Assembly (NCBI RefSeq): GCF_001194135.2
Contig: NC_068984.1
Span: 86,090,677 to 86,135,248 of the forward strand
DNA: 44,572 nucleotides
Reading direction: 5' to 3'
From: Octopus bimaculoides
Taxonomy: Eukaryota
Notes under the pieces: generated by a model
What the model was told of the DNA's origin: nothing
The model's input: the letters and a program-made list of their open reading frames with translations, nothing else
Database searches by the model: none
In this document: piece after piece, positions 1-10,010 of the stretch
Position numbering within the stretch: position 1 is the first letter of the stretch
Layout: each line of letters begins with the position of its first letter
Translations under genes and position numbers: made by a program

Positions 1-294
1 GTGTATAAGGGATGACCACTAGGTGGACATCCAATATGCTAGAAAGAGGTCATCAACGACCCTACCACAAAGAAAAATAATGTTCTCCAGGTTCCTAACC
101 CATGAGCAAAGAGGGGTTAGATGATGGCGGTGGTGTTTTCAAAGGGATGGCATGTGTAACCTGATCACCTCTGCCGATCAAACTCTCAACCCATGCGCTC
201 CAGTTGCAACACTGATTCTGCCCAAATTTGACGTCATGTTACTTAGTTTGGTTTGAAATAAAGAACTTGATTAGCTTAATAATCCCAACTTAAT

Positions 295-322
295 CCCGGG
301 CAAAGCCGGGCTATACTGCTAG
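295..322 (+). mobile_element. Helitron 3' terminus (subterminal hairpin plus CTAG); element body probably extends to the window start
   Basis: The hairpin CCCGG-GCAAAG-CCGGG (295-310) is followed 8 nt later by CTAG (319-322) and then T. This is the canonical Helitron 3' end. Confidence 0.65.
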
Positions 323-506
323 TATATATATATATAAGTCATTTAGGTTAGGTGAACTCGCAGTAAACTGAAACTTGAAACCATTCAACTTCGAGGTGAA
401 CTTCTGGACCTCACGGTTTTATTCGAAATTATTCACGAGCCAACATACGAATTAATTTTCCTTAAAAAAATAAATGTTTTCTCTCTCATTATTTTGTATA
501 ATTAAT

Positions 507-720
507 GAGGCGGAGAGCTGGCAGAATCGTTAGCACGGCGGGCGAAATGCTCAGCTTTATTTCGTCTGCCGCTACGTTCAGAGTTCAAATTCCGCCGAGG
601 TCGACTTTACCTTTCGTCCTTTCTGGGTTGATAAATTAAGTACCAGTTGAGTGTTGGTATCGATGTAATCGGCTTGCTCCTAACCCCAAAATTTCAGGCC
701 TTGTGCCTATAGTAGAAAGG
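507..720 (+). mobile_element. SINE family A, full length, with 19 bp target-site duplication
   Basis: The head GGCGGAGAGCTGGCAGAATCGTTAGC includes a B-box-like GAGTTCAAATTCC. The direct repeat ATTATTTTGTATAATTAAT lies at 488-506 and 721-739. Homologous copies occur at 6018, 35352, 42569 and 42766. Confidence 0.9.
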
Positions 721-761
721 ATTATTTTGTATAATTAATAGGCATAGGCTATTTTTATCGT

Positions 762-789
762 GGAGGCACATGGCCTAGTGGTTAGAGCA

Positions 790-790
<1 letters not shown>
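762..790 (+). mobile_element. Truncated tRNA-like SINE head (A-box only)
   Basis: GGAGGCACATGGCCTAGTGGTTAGAGCAC resembles a tRNA 5' half with A-box TGGCCTAGTGG. It is cut off by (TA)n. Confidence 0.5.

Positions 791-838
<48 letters not shown>
791..838. repeat. (TA)n microsatellite
   Basis: Directly visible TA run. Confidence 0.95.
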
Positions 839-841
<3 letters not shown>

Positions 842-1680
842 CGAGCGGGTACCCAAAAGAAACCGGAATTTTGCAATATTTTATTCACTTACTTTTTCAT
901 GTTTACACTTTTATCGCCTTCAAAGTATTTTCCATTTGAAGCAATGCAGCGGTCCAAATGCGTTTTCCACTGTTCGAAGCAGTGGTGGAACTTTCGCAGA
1001 AAGATGTCATTTAACGCCTCCGTCGTTTTTTCCTTCATCTTTTCCACATCTGCAAATTTCGTAGCACCAACTTTCGTCACCAGTGATGAACTTCGAAAAA
1101 ATGTCCGGATTAATTTCCAACTGTTTTTTTCAGTTCACGACACGCATTCAGTCATGACTTCTTTTGATCTTTCATGAGCAAGCGAGGCACAAATTTTGCT
1201 GCGACTCTTTTCATTTGCAATTCCTCGCCCAAGATTCGTTGGCAAGAGCTCCAAGATACACCAGTCATATCAGCAAGTTCGTCAACTGATCGGTGATGGT
1301 TCTCCAAGATCAGTTCATGTTTTCATCCGTTAGGGAGGTCGACAGATGCCCTGAACGAGGTTGGTCTTCAAGCAACAAGTGACCATTCCTAAAGCGTGAA
1401 AACTACTCGTAAACTTGTGTTTTACTCATGGCAGCGTCCTTGTAAACTGTTTGGAACATGACAACTCTTTCGGACACCGTTTTCCACAGCAGAAAACAGT
1501 ATTTCACGTTGTTCCTTCGTTTCAGCCATCTCAAAAATCGACGAACACCGGAGAAACACTGCAAAACAAAGACGCAGCAAGTGGCAATATGACGTCACTA
1601 GACAATGCCGGTCGGTGGACTGATGCCAGAGGGTTGCATCAAGTGGCTTCTAGTGGCGCCACAGAGAACGTTTCTGGTTA
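842..1680 (-). mobile_element. Internally deleted mariner (Tc1/mariner) transposon remnant
   Basis: TA is followed by the TIR-like CGAGCGGGTACCCAAAAGAAACCGGAATT at 840-870. The minus strand gives an ATG at 1529, a decayed HTH region (SKTQVYE*FSRFRNG...EDQPRSG) and FITGDESWCY. This is joined at ~1060 to the C-terminal KFADVEKMK...CFEQWKTHLDRCIASNGKYFEGD. The second TIR is not recognisable, so the right boundary is approximate. Confidence 0.88.
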
Positions 1681-1692
1681 CTGTATATATTT

Positions 1693-1910
1693 ATGTGCGT
1701 GTCTGTGTTTGTCCCTACCCACACTATCACTTGATACACCGATGTTGGTGTGTTTACGTCCCCGTAACCTAGCGGTTCGGCAAAAGTGACTGATAGAATA
1801 AGTTCTAAGCTTACAAAGAATAAGTCCTGGAGTCGATTTCCTCGACTAAAGAACACGTTAAGATGGTGTTCCAGCATGGCGACAGTCAAATGACTAAAAC
1901 AAGTAAAAGA
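1693..1910 (+). mobile_element. SINE family B, 3' half
   Basis: It matches the 3' half of the full copy at 4746-5140 (GTCCCCGTAACCTAGCGGTTCGGCAAAA...CCAGCATGGC...GACTAAAACAAGTAAAAGA). Confidence 0.88.
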
Positions 1911-3145
1911 ATATATATATATATATATATATANNNNNNNNNNNNNNNNNNNNNNNNNNNNNNNNNNNNNNNNNNNNNNNNNNNNNNNNNNNNNNNNNNN
2001 NNNNNNNNNNNNNNNNNNNNNNNNNNNNNNNNNNNNNNNNNNNNNNNNNNNNNNNNNNNNNNNNNNNNNNNNNNNNNNNNNNNNNNNNNNNNNNNNNNNN
2101 NNNNNNNNNNNNNNNNNNNNNNNNNNNNNNNNNNNNNNNNNNNNNNNNNNNNNNNNNNNNNNNNNNNNNNNNNNNNNNNNNNNNNNNNNNNNNNNNNNNN
2201 NNNNNNNNNNNNNNNNNNNNNNNNNNNNNNNNNNNNNNNNNNNNNNNNNNNNNNNNNNNNNGTATATATGTATATACCATTTATAATCATAAATATACAG
2301 GGATTAGCATGAGTTGCTTCTCCAATATACTGAGAATTTAGAAATAGCAGTCAAAGAACTACTGATTCCAAACTACAAATTTTTTCTCTAACGGATGGCG
2401 ATATTTATGGCACACACAGAACAAGAAACAGAAGAGAAAAGCAAAAACAAACCTGCCTTTAGTTAATTGGGTACGACGTTTCACGATTAAGAGTATGAAG
2501 TTACTCCATTCCGATCTTCAGCCACAATATTCGAATAAATTTGAAAGTGTCTAATAAAAACTCATGTGAATTTTGACCATGCGACATCAAAACCACGTGA
2601 GGAAGGCACTTACGAAATTTATCGGCTAGTGAGTTCAAACACTTCACTCCAAAGAATCTATTCTATGTGCGTCACAAATAGTTCCGTATAATAAAGTCCC
2701 GTATGAAGGGTTACGGTTTAACCATCCAGTTAGAGGCATCAATATAAAATATACAGATATAGGGCAGGGAATGGTCAATTAGTAATAAAATTAATACATT
2801 AACAATTTTGCCAAGTAGTTCAGTATGAAAAAACCTTTATCGGTAAAACCATTTATAATCATATATATATATATATATATGAGATATTAATATTTCTAAG
2901 TCTCTCTAAAGGAGACTACGGCAGCGGTACTGGATATTAATAGTTATCGCCAAAAAATAGGACGAATGCTGCCGTTGATTAGCTCCAAGAGGCCATCGCC
3001 GCTAGCTAGCTATGTGCCACACGAACTTGTGTCCTTTATAACATTCGAACAGGGGAGGTCAGCAGCTTCCCCTTACTGGTTTGGCATCTGCAGACTAGTT
3101 TCGGGGTATTGCCCCTTGTCAATGCAGAGCAGCCGAACCCAGCAG

Positions 3146-3246
3146 GTATGTATGTATGTATAAATGTTTGTATATGTGTATACATACATATATATACATA
3201 CATACATACATACATACATACATACATACATACATACATACATACA
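3146..3246. repeat. (TATG)n/(TACA)n microsatellite
   Basis: Directly visible. Confidence 0.95.
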
Positions 3247-3463
3247 TGTGTTTGTGCCTTTGTGTTAGCATCTGTCACTCCACTACTTGACAATAGGTGT
3301 TGCTTCCTCTACGTCTCCGTGACGTAACGGTTCGGCAAAAGAGTCCAATTAAATAAATAGCAGCTATTTACCGAAATAAAAAAAAATGTATTGAGGCTGA
3401 TTTGTTAGACATTAAGGCGGTGCTCTAGCATGGCTGCAGTCCAATGGCTGAAACAAATAAAAA
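3247..3463 (+). mobile_element. SINE family B, diverged 3' half
   Basis: Contains CGGTTCGGCAAAAGAG and the tail AAGGCGGTGCTCTAGCATGGCTGCAGTCCAATGGCTGAAACAAATAAAA. Confidence 0.8.
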
Positions 3464-3839
3464 TGTAAATGGTCTGTTAGCACTGTCAGCGGTATAATAG
3501 TGTGAAAAATAAATCAAACATACGTACTTGGAACCAACGAATCGAGTGCATTCTTTTTGAAGTATATGTTCGTATCTTGCTTTATAGCCCCCACCTCCAC
3601 CCTCCGGTTAGCCTTAATTCAACAGATCTATTATAAAAGCTATACCAGCTATGAGCATTCCGAATTTTTGTATTATCACAGACTGCATTGTGCTGTGTGG
3701 TGACCAGCATGTCGAAGAGTAGACGGATTCATGGGTTGGTGGGTTGTTGTCTGAGTGTTGCAAAGGTGTCATCTGCCAGGAGTAGGGAGTCACCAACAAA
3801 CGGAGGAAGCAGCGACGCGCTGTTACAGTACATACCTCT

Positions 3840-3840
3840 A

Positions 3841-3908
<68 letters not shown>
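3840..3908. repeat. (TAC)n microsatellite
   Basis: Directly visible; it produces the poly-S/Y/T ORFs. Confidence 0.95.
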
Positions 3909-3909
<1 letters not shown>

Positions 3910-4745
3910 AACATTGTCCAAAATATCTTTCCTGTTTTAAGATTGTAAGATATGATTTCTGGGATTGCAACAACTATTTCTAACAAGTCGTAGAGAGTAA
4001 GTTACATTTTAAAATCTAACTCTTAAGTATAGGATTTTACTAATTACCTACTGCTTGTTATTTGTTGAGTACTATATACAAACAAATAAAGGCTGAGACT
4101 GCAGCGCTCACAAGCTTAGAAAAATTTGCCAATACTTTCCAGAAAATTGTGCATGAAATATAATCAAGGTAAAAACTGAAGACCTGCGAAAAAAGAATGC
4201 AATGAAAAACTTTTTCTTCGACAAAGGTAATAATGATGAACTATTTACAATATAATATATCTAGGGCATATCTACAAAATAATTTATTAGATCTGACATT
4301 TTTAATATTATTAAAAGTTAAAATCTAAGAAGTTTACCGATTGTGTTTTTTAATGACATTTTGAATAACGATTTCGCAAGCCTTCACGGTTTGTGAAACA
4401 AAATCACAAACCTTTATGAAACAGACAGACGTACATACCATACACTCCTTACGAACAATATCATAAATAGCTATAACGAAACAACTCACACGACGTCACC
4501 AAGTTAGAAGAGAAGGAAATAACAGCTAAATATAAATTAAACGTCAGAACTTAAGCAATAGATCTCCGTCGCTTTCGGCGATGAGTATTCGGTTACTCAA
4601 TTGAAACATTTGTTTACTGAACTAGCATTAAAGTGGCTGAGTATTCCCAAAATGTATGTATCTTTAGTGTAATTTTCACGCGAAATCAGCATGACACAGC
4701 GTGACGAGGTTGAATCTGTAAAATGACTGTTGTCATAGACGCGAA

Positions 4746-5140
4746 AATGACTGTGTGGTAAGAAGCTTACTTCCCAACCACATGGTTCTGGGTTCAGTTC
4801 CACTGCATAGCAGCTTAGGCAAGTGTCTTCTACTATAACCTCAGACCGACCAAAGCCTTGTGAGAGGATTTGGTAGACGGAAACTGAAAGAAGCCCGTCG
4901 TATATATGTATAGATATATGAGTGAATGTCTTTGTGCCTGTGTTTGTCCCCCACCATCGCTTGACAACCGACGTTGGTGTATTTATGTCCCCGTAACTTA
5001 GCGATTTGGCAAAGAGACCGAGAGAATAAGTACTAGGCTTACAAAGAGTTAGTCCAGGGGTCGATTTCTTCTATTAGAAAAAAAAATTTAAGGCGGTGTT
5101 CCAGCATGGTCGCAGTCAAATGACTGAAACAAGTAAAAGA
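4746..5140 (+). mobile_element. SINE family B, full length (tRNA-like head, internal microsatellite, 3' tail)
   Basis: Head TGTGTGGTAAGAAGCTT...GGGTTCAGTTCCACTGC, then GGCAAGTGTCTTCTACTATA...TTTGGTAGACGGAAACTGAAAGAAGCCCGTCG, a short (TA) tract, and the tail GGCGGTGTTCCAGCATGGTCGCAGTCAAATGACTGAAACAAGTAAAAGA. About ten homologous copies or fragments occur in the window. Confidence 0.92.
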
Positions 5141-5146
5141 ATATAT

Positions 5147-5310
5147 CCAGTGAGCGTCCACACAGTTTCAGTTTATCCAATTTCACTCACAAAACTTAGT
5201 TTTATCCGAGGTTGTGATAAGAGACACTTGCTGAAGATGTCATGCAATGGATCGAACCCGTGACTTCACGATTGCGAGGTAAACTTGTTAAGCATTTAGT
5301 AACCATGCAG
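5147..5310 (-). mobile_element. SINE-B-related 5' half, inverted relative to the adjacent copy
   Basis: CAGTTTCAGTTTATCCAATTTCACTCACAAAAC...AGACACTTGCTGAAG...GGATCGAACCC is the reverse complement of a diverged SINE-B head. Confidence 0.7.
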
Positions 5311-6017
5311 CTCAAATATATTCCGTCAAAATATATATTTAGCTTATCGTAGTTTCTATATTACTTTCAACGACCATAAAGATAATTTCTCAACAAACCT
5401 GGAGTGTACATCGATAAATAATGTTTCGAGTGAGTTTGGTAGTATTAGTAAACATATTTTGGAGTAGACTAGTATCAGATAAACAACCAGCCTATTTTTA
5501 TGGAATAATAGTACTTCGGTAATTCAAATGTTTTAATGACGTACTTAAATCCTATTGCAAATTCGTACATTTAGACGCAGTTGAATTTTTATCCATCGAT
5601 ATTTAAGCTGCTACTCCAAAAGTCTTGGGATTCAGAAAGAGAATTATGCCGATTAGTGATACTGATACCAAGAACATCATGTTTACGAGGAAAACTATTC
5701 TATTTTTATCATAAATAGGTTGCTAAACCAAATATCTGACATTTCAATATAAATAGGTCGTTGAACCTAGACGTTTACGACTTTCTACTTCGTTACTCCA
5801 GTTTTATGATTATAAATTTCCCGCGGAGATTGTAATCATACATCACAAGTCATTTTGTCTGTTAGGGAAACTAAAATTAATATTAAAAAAACGCAAGGTT
5901 TCATTACAAATAATGCATTCGAATCACTTTGAAATTAAATATTTGTGAGTCTTAGCAGTATATATGTACTCACACACACATGCATGTGTGTAAATATATA
6001 TACCTGTTGTTGTTGTT

Positions 6018-6781
6018 ATGGAAGCTGATAGAATTGTTAACACGCTGGCCAAATGCTTTGCGGTATTTCGTCCATCTTTACGTTCCGAGATAAAAATCCA
6101 CTGATGTCGACTTTGCCTTTCATCCTTTCGGAGTCGATAAATTAAGTACCAGTTGTGTACTGGGGTCGATGTAATCGACTATCCTCTCCCCCAAATTTCA
6201 GGCTTTGTACCTATAGTAGAAAAGATGGATCTTTTTTAAAACGGGGGCCCACATTTTTCATTAACGAAACACTTTGAAACTTGGAACACTGGTAGAATGT
6301 GTCATATAAAACATCTTTTTCTCTTAGTCTTCTTAAAAAAAAAAAGAAATCCATAAATTATTCCATGTTAAAGTTGTCGTATTTCTGTAATTTCAACCAA
6401 TCACTGACGTCCATTCAGCCGATATACATTAAGTGCCGACTACATAAACAAACGATTCTGAAACAATTTACCCTAACNNNNNNNNNNTAAAATGAAAAAA
6501 GCAAATAAAACGAAGGTATGGAGATTAAATACGCTTTACATCGCTTAATGAGCCAAAGGAGTAAATGTAAACAACTGAATACTTGTCAGTGATTGGTTGA
6601 AATTATCGAAATAAGACAATTTTTTACATGAAATAAATTCGAATACAAAAATATTTTTCTGTTCTATAACACAAAATAGATAAGTATACGAAGTTTGAAA
6701 GTCTTTCGGTACCAAAAACACTACGTAAAACATTAATGAAAAATGTGGCCCCCGTTTTAAAAAAGATCCGAAAAGATTATT

Positions 6782-6820
<39 letters not shown>

Positions 6821-6828
6821 TTTTTATT
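6018..6828 (+). mobile_element. SINE family A interrupted at its 3' end by a MITE; (ATT)n tail displaced to 6775-6828
   Basis: The body at 6018-6226 is homologous to 507-720. The GATTATT... tail resumes only after the MITE. Confidence 0.85.
6227..6769. mobile_element. Non-autonomous DNA transposon (MITE) with GG...CC termini and 8 bp TSD, Merlin-like
   Basis: The ~38 bp TIRs are GGATCTTTTTTAAAACGGGGGCCCACATTTTTCATTAA and TTAATGAAAAATGTGGCCCCCGTTTTAAAAAAGATCC. The TSD GAAAAGAT lies at 6219-6226 and 6770-6777. An internal inverted pair TTTCAACCAATCACTGAC / GTCAGTGATTGGTTGAAA is also present. Superfamily is inferred only from the GG termini and TSD length. Confidence 0.85.
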
Positions 6829-7039
6829 ATTCGACCATCAATATTTGAGTGGTGTTCAAAAGTTGGCTAGTTTAGGTCCCGTCTACAGAAGCTGAATCAC
6901 TTCAATGCACAGCGACATTTTCTCAGTGGTCAGAGTGAATGATCATCTGTCAGTGTTGTGTGTTCTGTTCATCTATATGTACTTACTCTACAGTCATTAC
7001 TGAAGAAGTTAGAGGATTCGATGAAGCATCCCGCAAGAA

Positions 7040-8035
7040 GTAGGACGCAGAAGATACGTGTTTGCATAGACGGACAGTGGTACCGTAATAGTATCGGATA
7101 CCAAACACATCAAAAAGTTCAGCACTGCTCTAAAGAAGTACGAGGCGATGACAGGAGTAAAAATTAACCAAGGTAAGTCGTAGAGACTGCAACTCGGCGC
7201 CTGGAGATGGAGATCCAAACCGGCTAACAACATCGTGGTGCGCTGGACAGACTGACCCAAATCCCCAGGTGGATAAAAACTAGGAGGAGGCGACGAGCAG
7301 ATGACCAGTCTCACCTAGAAATGAACCGAAAACATTGCAAGCTGGAGATAAATTCTATAAGCATAGCAGTGTCGTCAACTGCGCCTGCCTGAGATGCTCG
7401 ATGAGCGACGAAACCATCCAGTCGGCGCTCGAAAAGTGCCCGAGCATTGGTGACTACCACGTGTAGGACAGATTCGGCTATCAGCTGACTTCATCGTGAA
7501 TATCGTTCCGCCGCCTTCCTTTGGTCGAGAAGGGCGTTCAGTTTTTCTATCAGCTGGCTATGGTGAAAGAGGTTGTGCGTTGGACGAGGCTGAAAGGATT
7601 GGAGACAAATATTTTCCTTCTCGGTTAAGATCTCATCAACTTTTCCAAGTTCCGTTTAGAAAGGAAGGTTAAGGTAGAGAAGGATGTGCGTCTCACCCCT
7701 GTAAAAATATGGATGAATAGCGCGAATGGCCGAGCAAACGAACTTACTCTAAGCATGCGCCTGCAGATTGAAAAGTGCAGAAGAAAGAGAAGTACTTGTC
7801 ATGGTACTCCTGGTGATCAAAGTAACTCGGGATCTATAGGGTTCCTTGGTCGCTCCTGGGTTCCGTTTCCTTCTGTTGGAGAATTTCAATTGTTTAGATT
7901 TTGCAGTTACCTTTATTGTTTTTGTTATCAGTGTTATTACCGATTTTTAATTCGATTTTATGTGAAACTTTTCTGTATTTGTTTATTGTGTTGTCCTTAA
8001 TATTTTCGGTCTTTGCGGCCAATAACATATGTTAT
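7040..8035 (+). mobile_element. Decayed Tx1/L1-clade LINE ORF2 3' portion with internal deletion
   Basis: The frame from 7058 reads VFA*TDSGTVIVSDTKHIKKFSTALKKYEAMTGVKINQGKS*RLQLGAWR, a decayed YADD RT region. CLRCSMSDETIQSALEKCP (7386-7442) is a decayed C-terminal zinc knuckle. A T-rich 3' UTR ends near GCGGCCAATAAC. Confidence 0.78.
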
Positions 8036-8462
8036 TATTACTACAGTTGTTGTTATTAAAATTTAGTTAGGAGAGGTGTTATCCGAAGGTTTTGTAATAG
8101 GTTTCCGCGAATCATAATATTAGGATTCTCCCAGAATACAGTATGGCACTTTGCTTCTGGTGGACAATGTAATCCTAGTTCTAATATTTTTTAACCTCTA
8201 ATGCACCAGTTTGGGCATTGAGCCGAGTTCCCCAATTACTACAAGAACAATTGTGACATTTGTGTTCTGCAATCTCTTTTCTCTAGCTAGGTCCTAACAT
8301 TTCTTAATTTTTTCAATTTTTTATTTAGTTCCAAAATTTTATTTAAAAAATACCATTTGGCCTAAGAATAATTTTTCTGTCTACTTTCATTTTCGTTCTA
8401 CCAGAGTAAAAAGAATGATTTATATTGTGGTTGGCAATGAAAAGATGCCTATCTATATAATA

Positions 8463-9011
8463 CGAAGGTGAGTCAAAAAGTAATGCCATTTTGTTTAGGA
8501 GAGGTATAATTACCAACACAGGAACATGTATCATACATCAAAAGGAAGCTGGTTCTCTGTGGATCACATCCCTACTACTCAACATAGTCACCGTTTGTTT
8601 CAATAGTAATGTTCTACCTTCGAATGAGAACATGTATCCCTGCTCCACAAAATTCTGTTGACTGTTCTTTGAGCCACTTCTTCACTACAGTTTTCACTTC
8701 TTCGTCACAGGGCTATCATCTCTTCGGCCCCAGGAAAGAGTGTTTGAGAGGCAAACGTTATTCCAGTGACGAGGAAGTGAAAACTGTAGTGAAGAAGTGC
8801 CTCAAAGAACAATCAGCAGAATTTTACGGGGCAGGGATGCATGCTCTCATTCGAAGGTGGAACATTGCTATTGAGAGAAATAGTGACTATGTTGAATAGT
8901 AGGGATGTGATCCAGAGAGGACCAGCTTCATTTTGATGTATGATACATGTTCCTCTGTTGGTAATTATACTTGTCCTAAACAAAATGGCATTACTTTTTG
9001 ACTTACACTCG
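8463..9011. mobile_element. Foldback mariner-derived element: two inverted copies of the transposon 3' end
   Basis: TA flanks lie at 8461-8462 and 9012-9013. Arms ~8463-8711 and ~8763-9011 are mutual reverse complements. The plus strand encodes a mariner C-terminus: YHLFGPRKECLRGKRYSSDEEVKTVVKKCLKEQSAEFYGAGMHALIRRWNIAIERNSDYVE. Confidence 0.92.
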
Positions 9012-9842
9012 TACAAAGTTAAGCATGCATGAAGAGCGTTGTAGTTTGCAAGAAGCAATGTGATACAGAAGTAAAATATATAATAAACACAGAAAGCTTA
9101 TTACAATGCGAATGAAGACATTTTTGACGATGGACCTTGCGCCTGAAACACATAAAGGATATTTAACTTACCCTTTCACATTGTAAGAAGCTCTCCGTCT
9201 TCGTTATTTTTTATCTTATTTAAATGAGAAATAATTTTCCGGTGTTCGAACTTCTATATCAACTGCTTCAAGATGACTATTTTTCTTATTTACCAATTTC
9301 CCAAATAGACTTTACTCTGCTACCATTGTAGCTTATCACCATTACTTTGAAACCAATGTGTTATAGATCGAATCTGTTATTCTCTTTAACATCAACATCT
9401 GCTTCTTAATACGTTTAGCAGAGACTATTCCGTTGCTTCCGACTGCAGCAACCCATCAACCGTTGTTTCTCTCCTCTTCTCTAACCAGTCAGTGGTGATC
9501 TGGGAAAGTAATGGATTTTGCTCTATATCCTCCAAGCCATTAAAAAAAAAGTAAAAAAACAAAAAAAAAAAACATTTAGAATTTATATGTAGTCTTATAT
9601 TTATGTTACTGGTTTCTCCTACTTAGCAACGACGATTTCTTCCTAATTTTCTTTAAATGTTTTCGCTGAAGGAGTTAAAAGTTTCCGAGCCAATAACCTT
9701 TTTAGATCCTTTTATAATTTTCTGAAGTGGATTGACATGTGCAGCAGTTGTGGAAGTGGTATTGCAATAGGTGGGTAAAGGATCGGCTAGCTGATATTTG
9801 CAGTCGACATGCTGCTTCTTGGCATATAGTATAGTGCATTCT

Positions 9843-10010
9843 CTCCAGCATGCACTATATAGGTTCGCTGCCGAGTGCGGTAAGACAGGGATGAGAATGA
9901 GTGTAGCGAAGACTGAGACATTAGTCCTGTGAAGAAAGTCTTTCTAGTGTGCTCTGCATGTTAGTGGAGAAGAATGATGGATGAAATGAGTTCAATATAA
10001 TCTTTTGGAG
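9843..10010 (+). mobile_element. RTE-clade LINE reverse transcriptase fragment
   Basis: It translates as LQHALYRFAAECGKTGMRMSVAKTETLVL*RK...CALHVSGE. This matches my recollection of the post-YADD segment of RTE (Rex3/Expander-like) RTs, LQHALGRFAAECEAAGM(R/K)IS. Confidence 0.7.

Noticed and set aside
3614-3835. Non-repetitive peptide next to (TAC)n, including LLLADDTF in one minus frame (RT-like ADD)
   Set aside because: No other RT motifs are in register and stops are nearby. It cannot be distinguished from chance.
9380-9830. Short open minus-strand stretches (GLEDIEQNPLLSQITTDWLEK...) as possible exons
   Set aside because: There is no canonical YAG acceptor after the pyrimidine tract, in-frame stops are present, and there is no recognisable homology.
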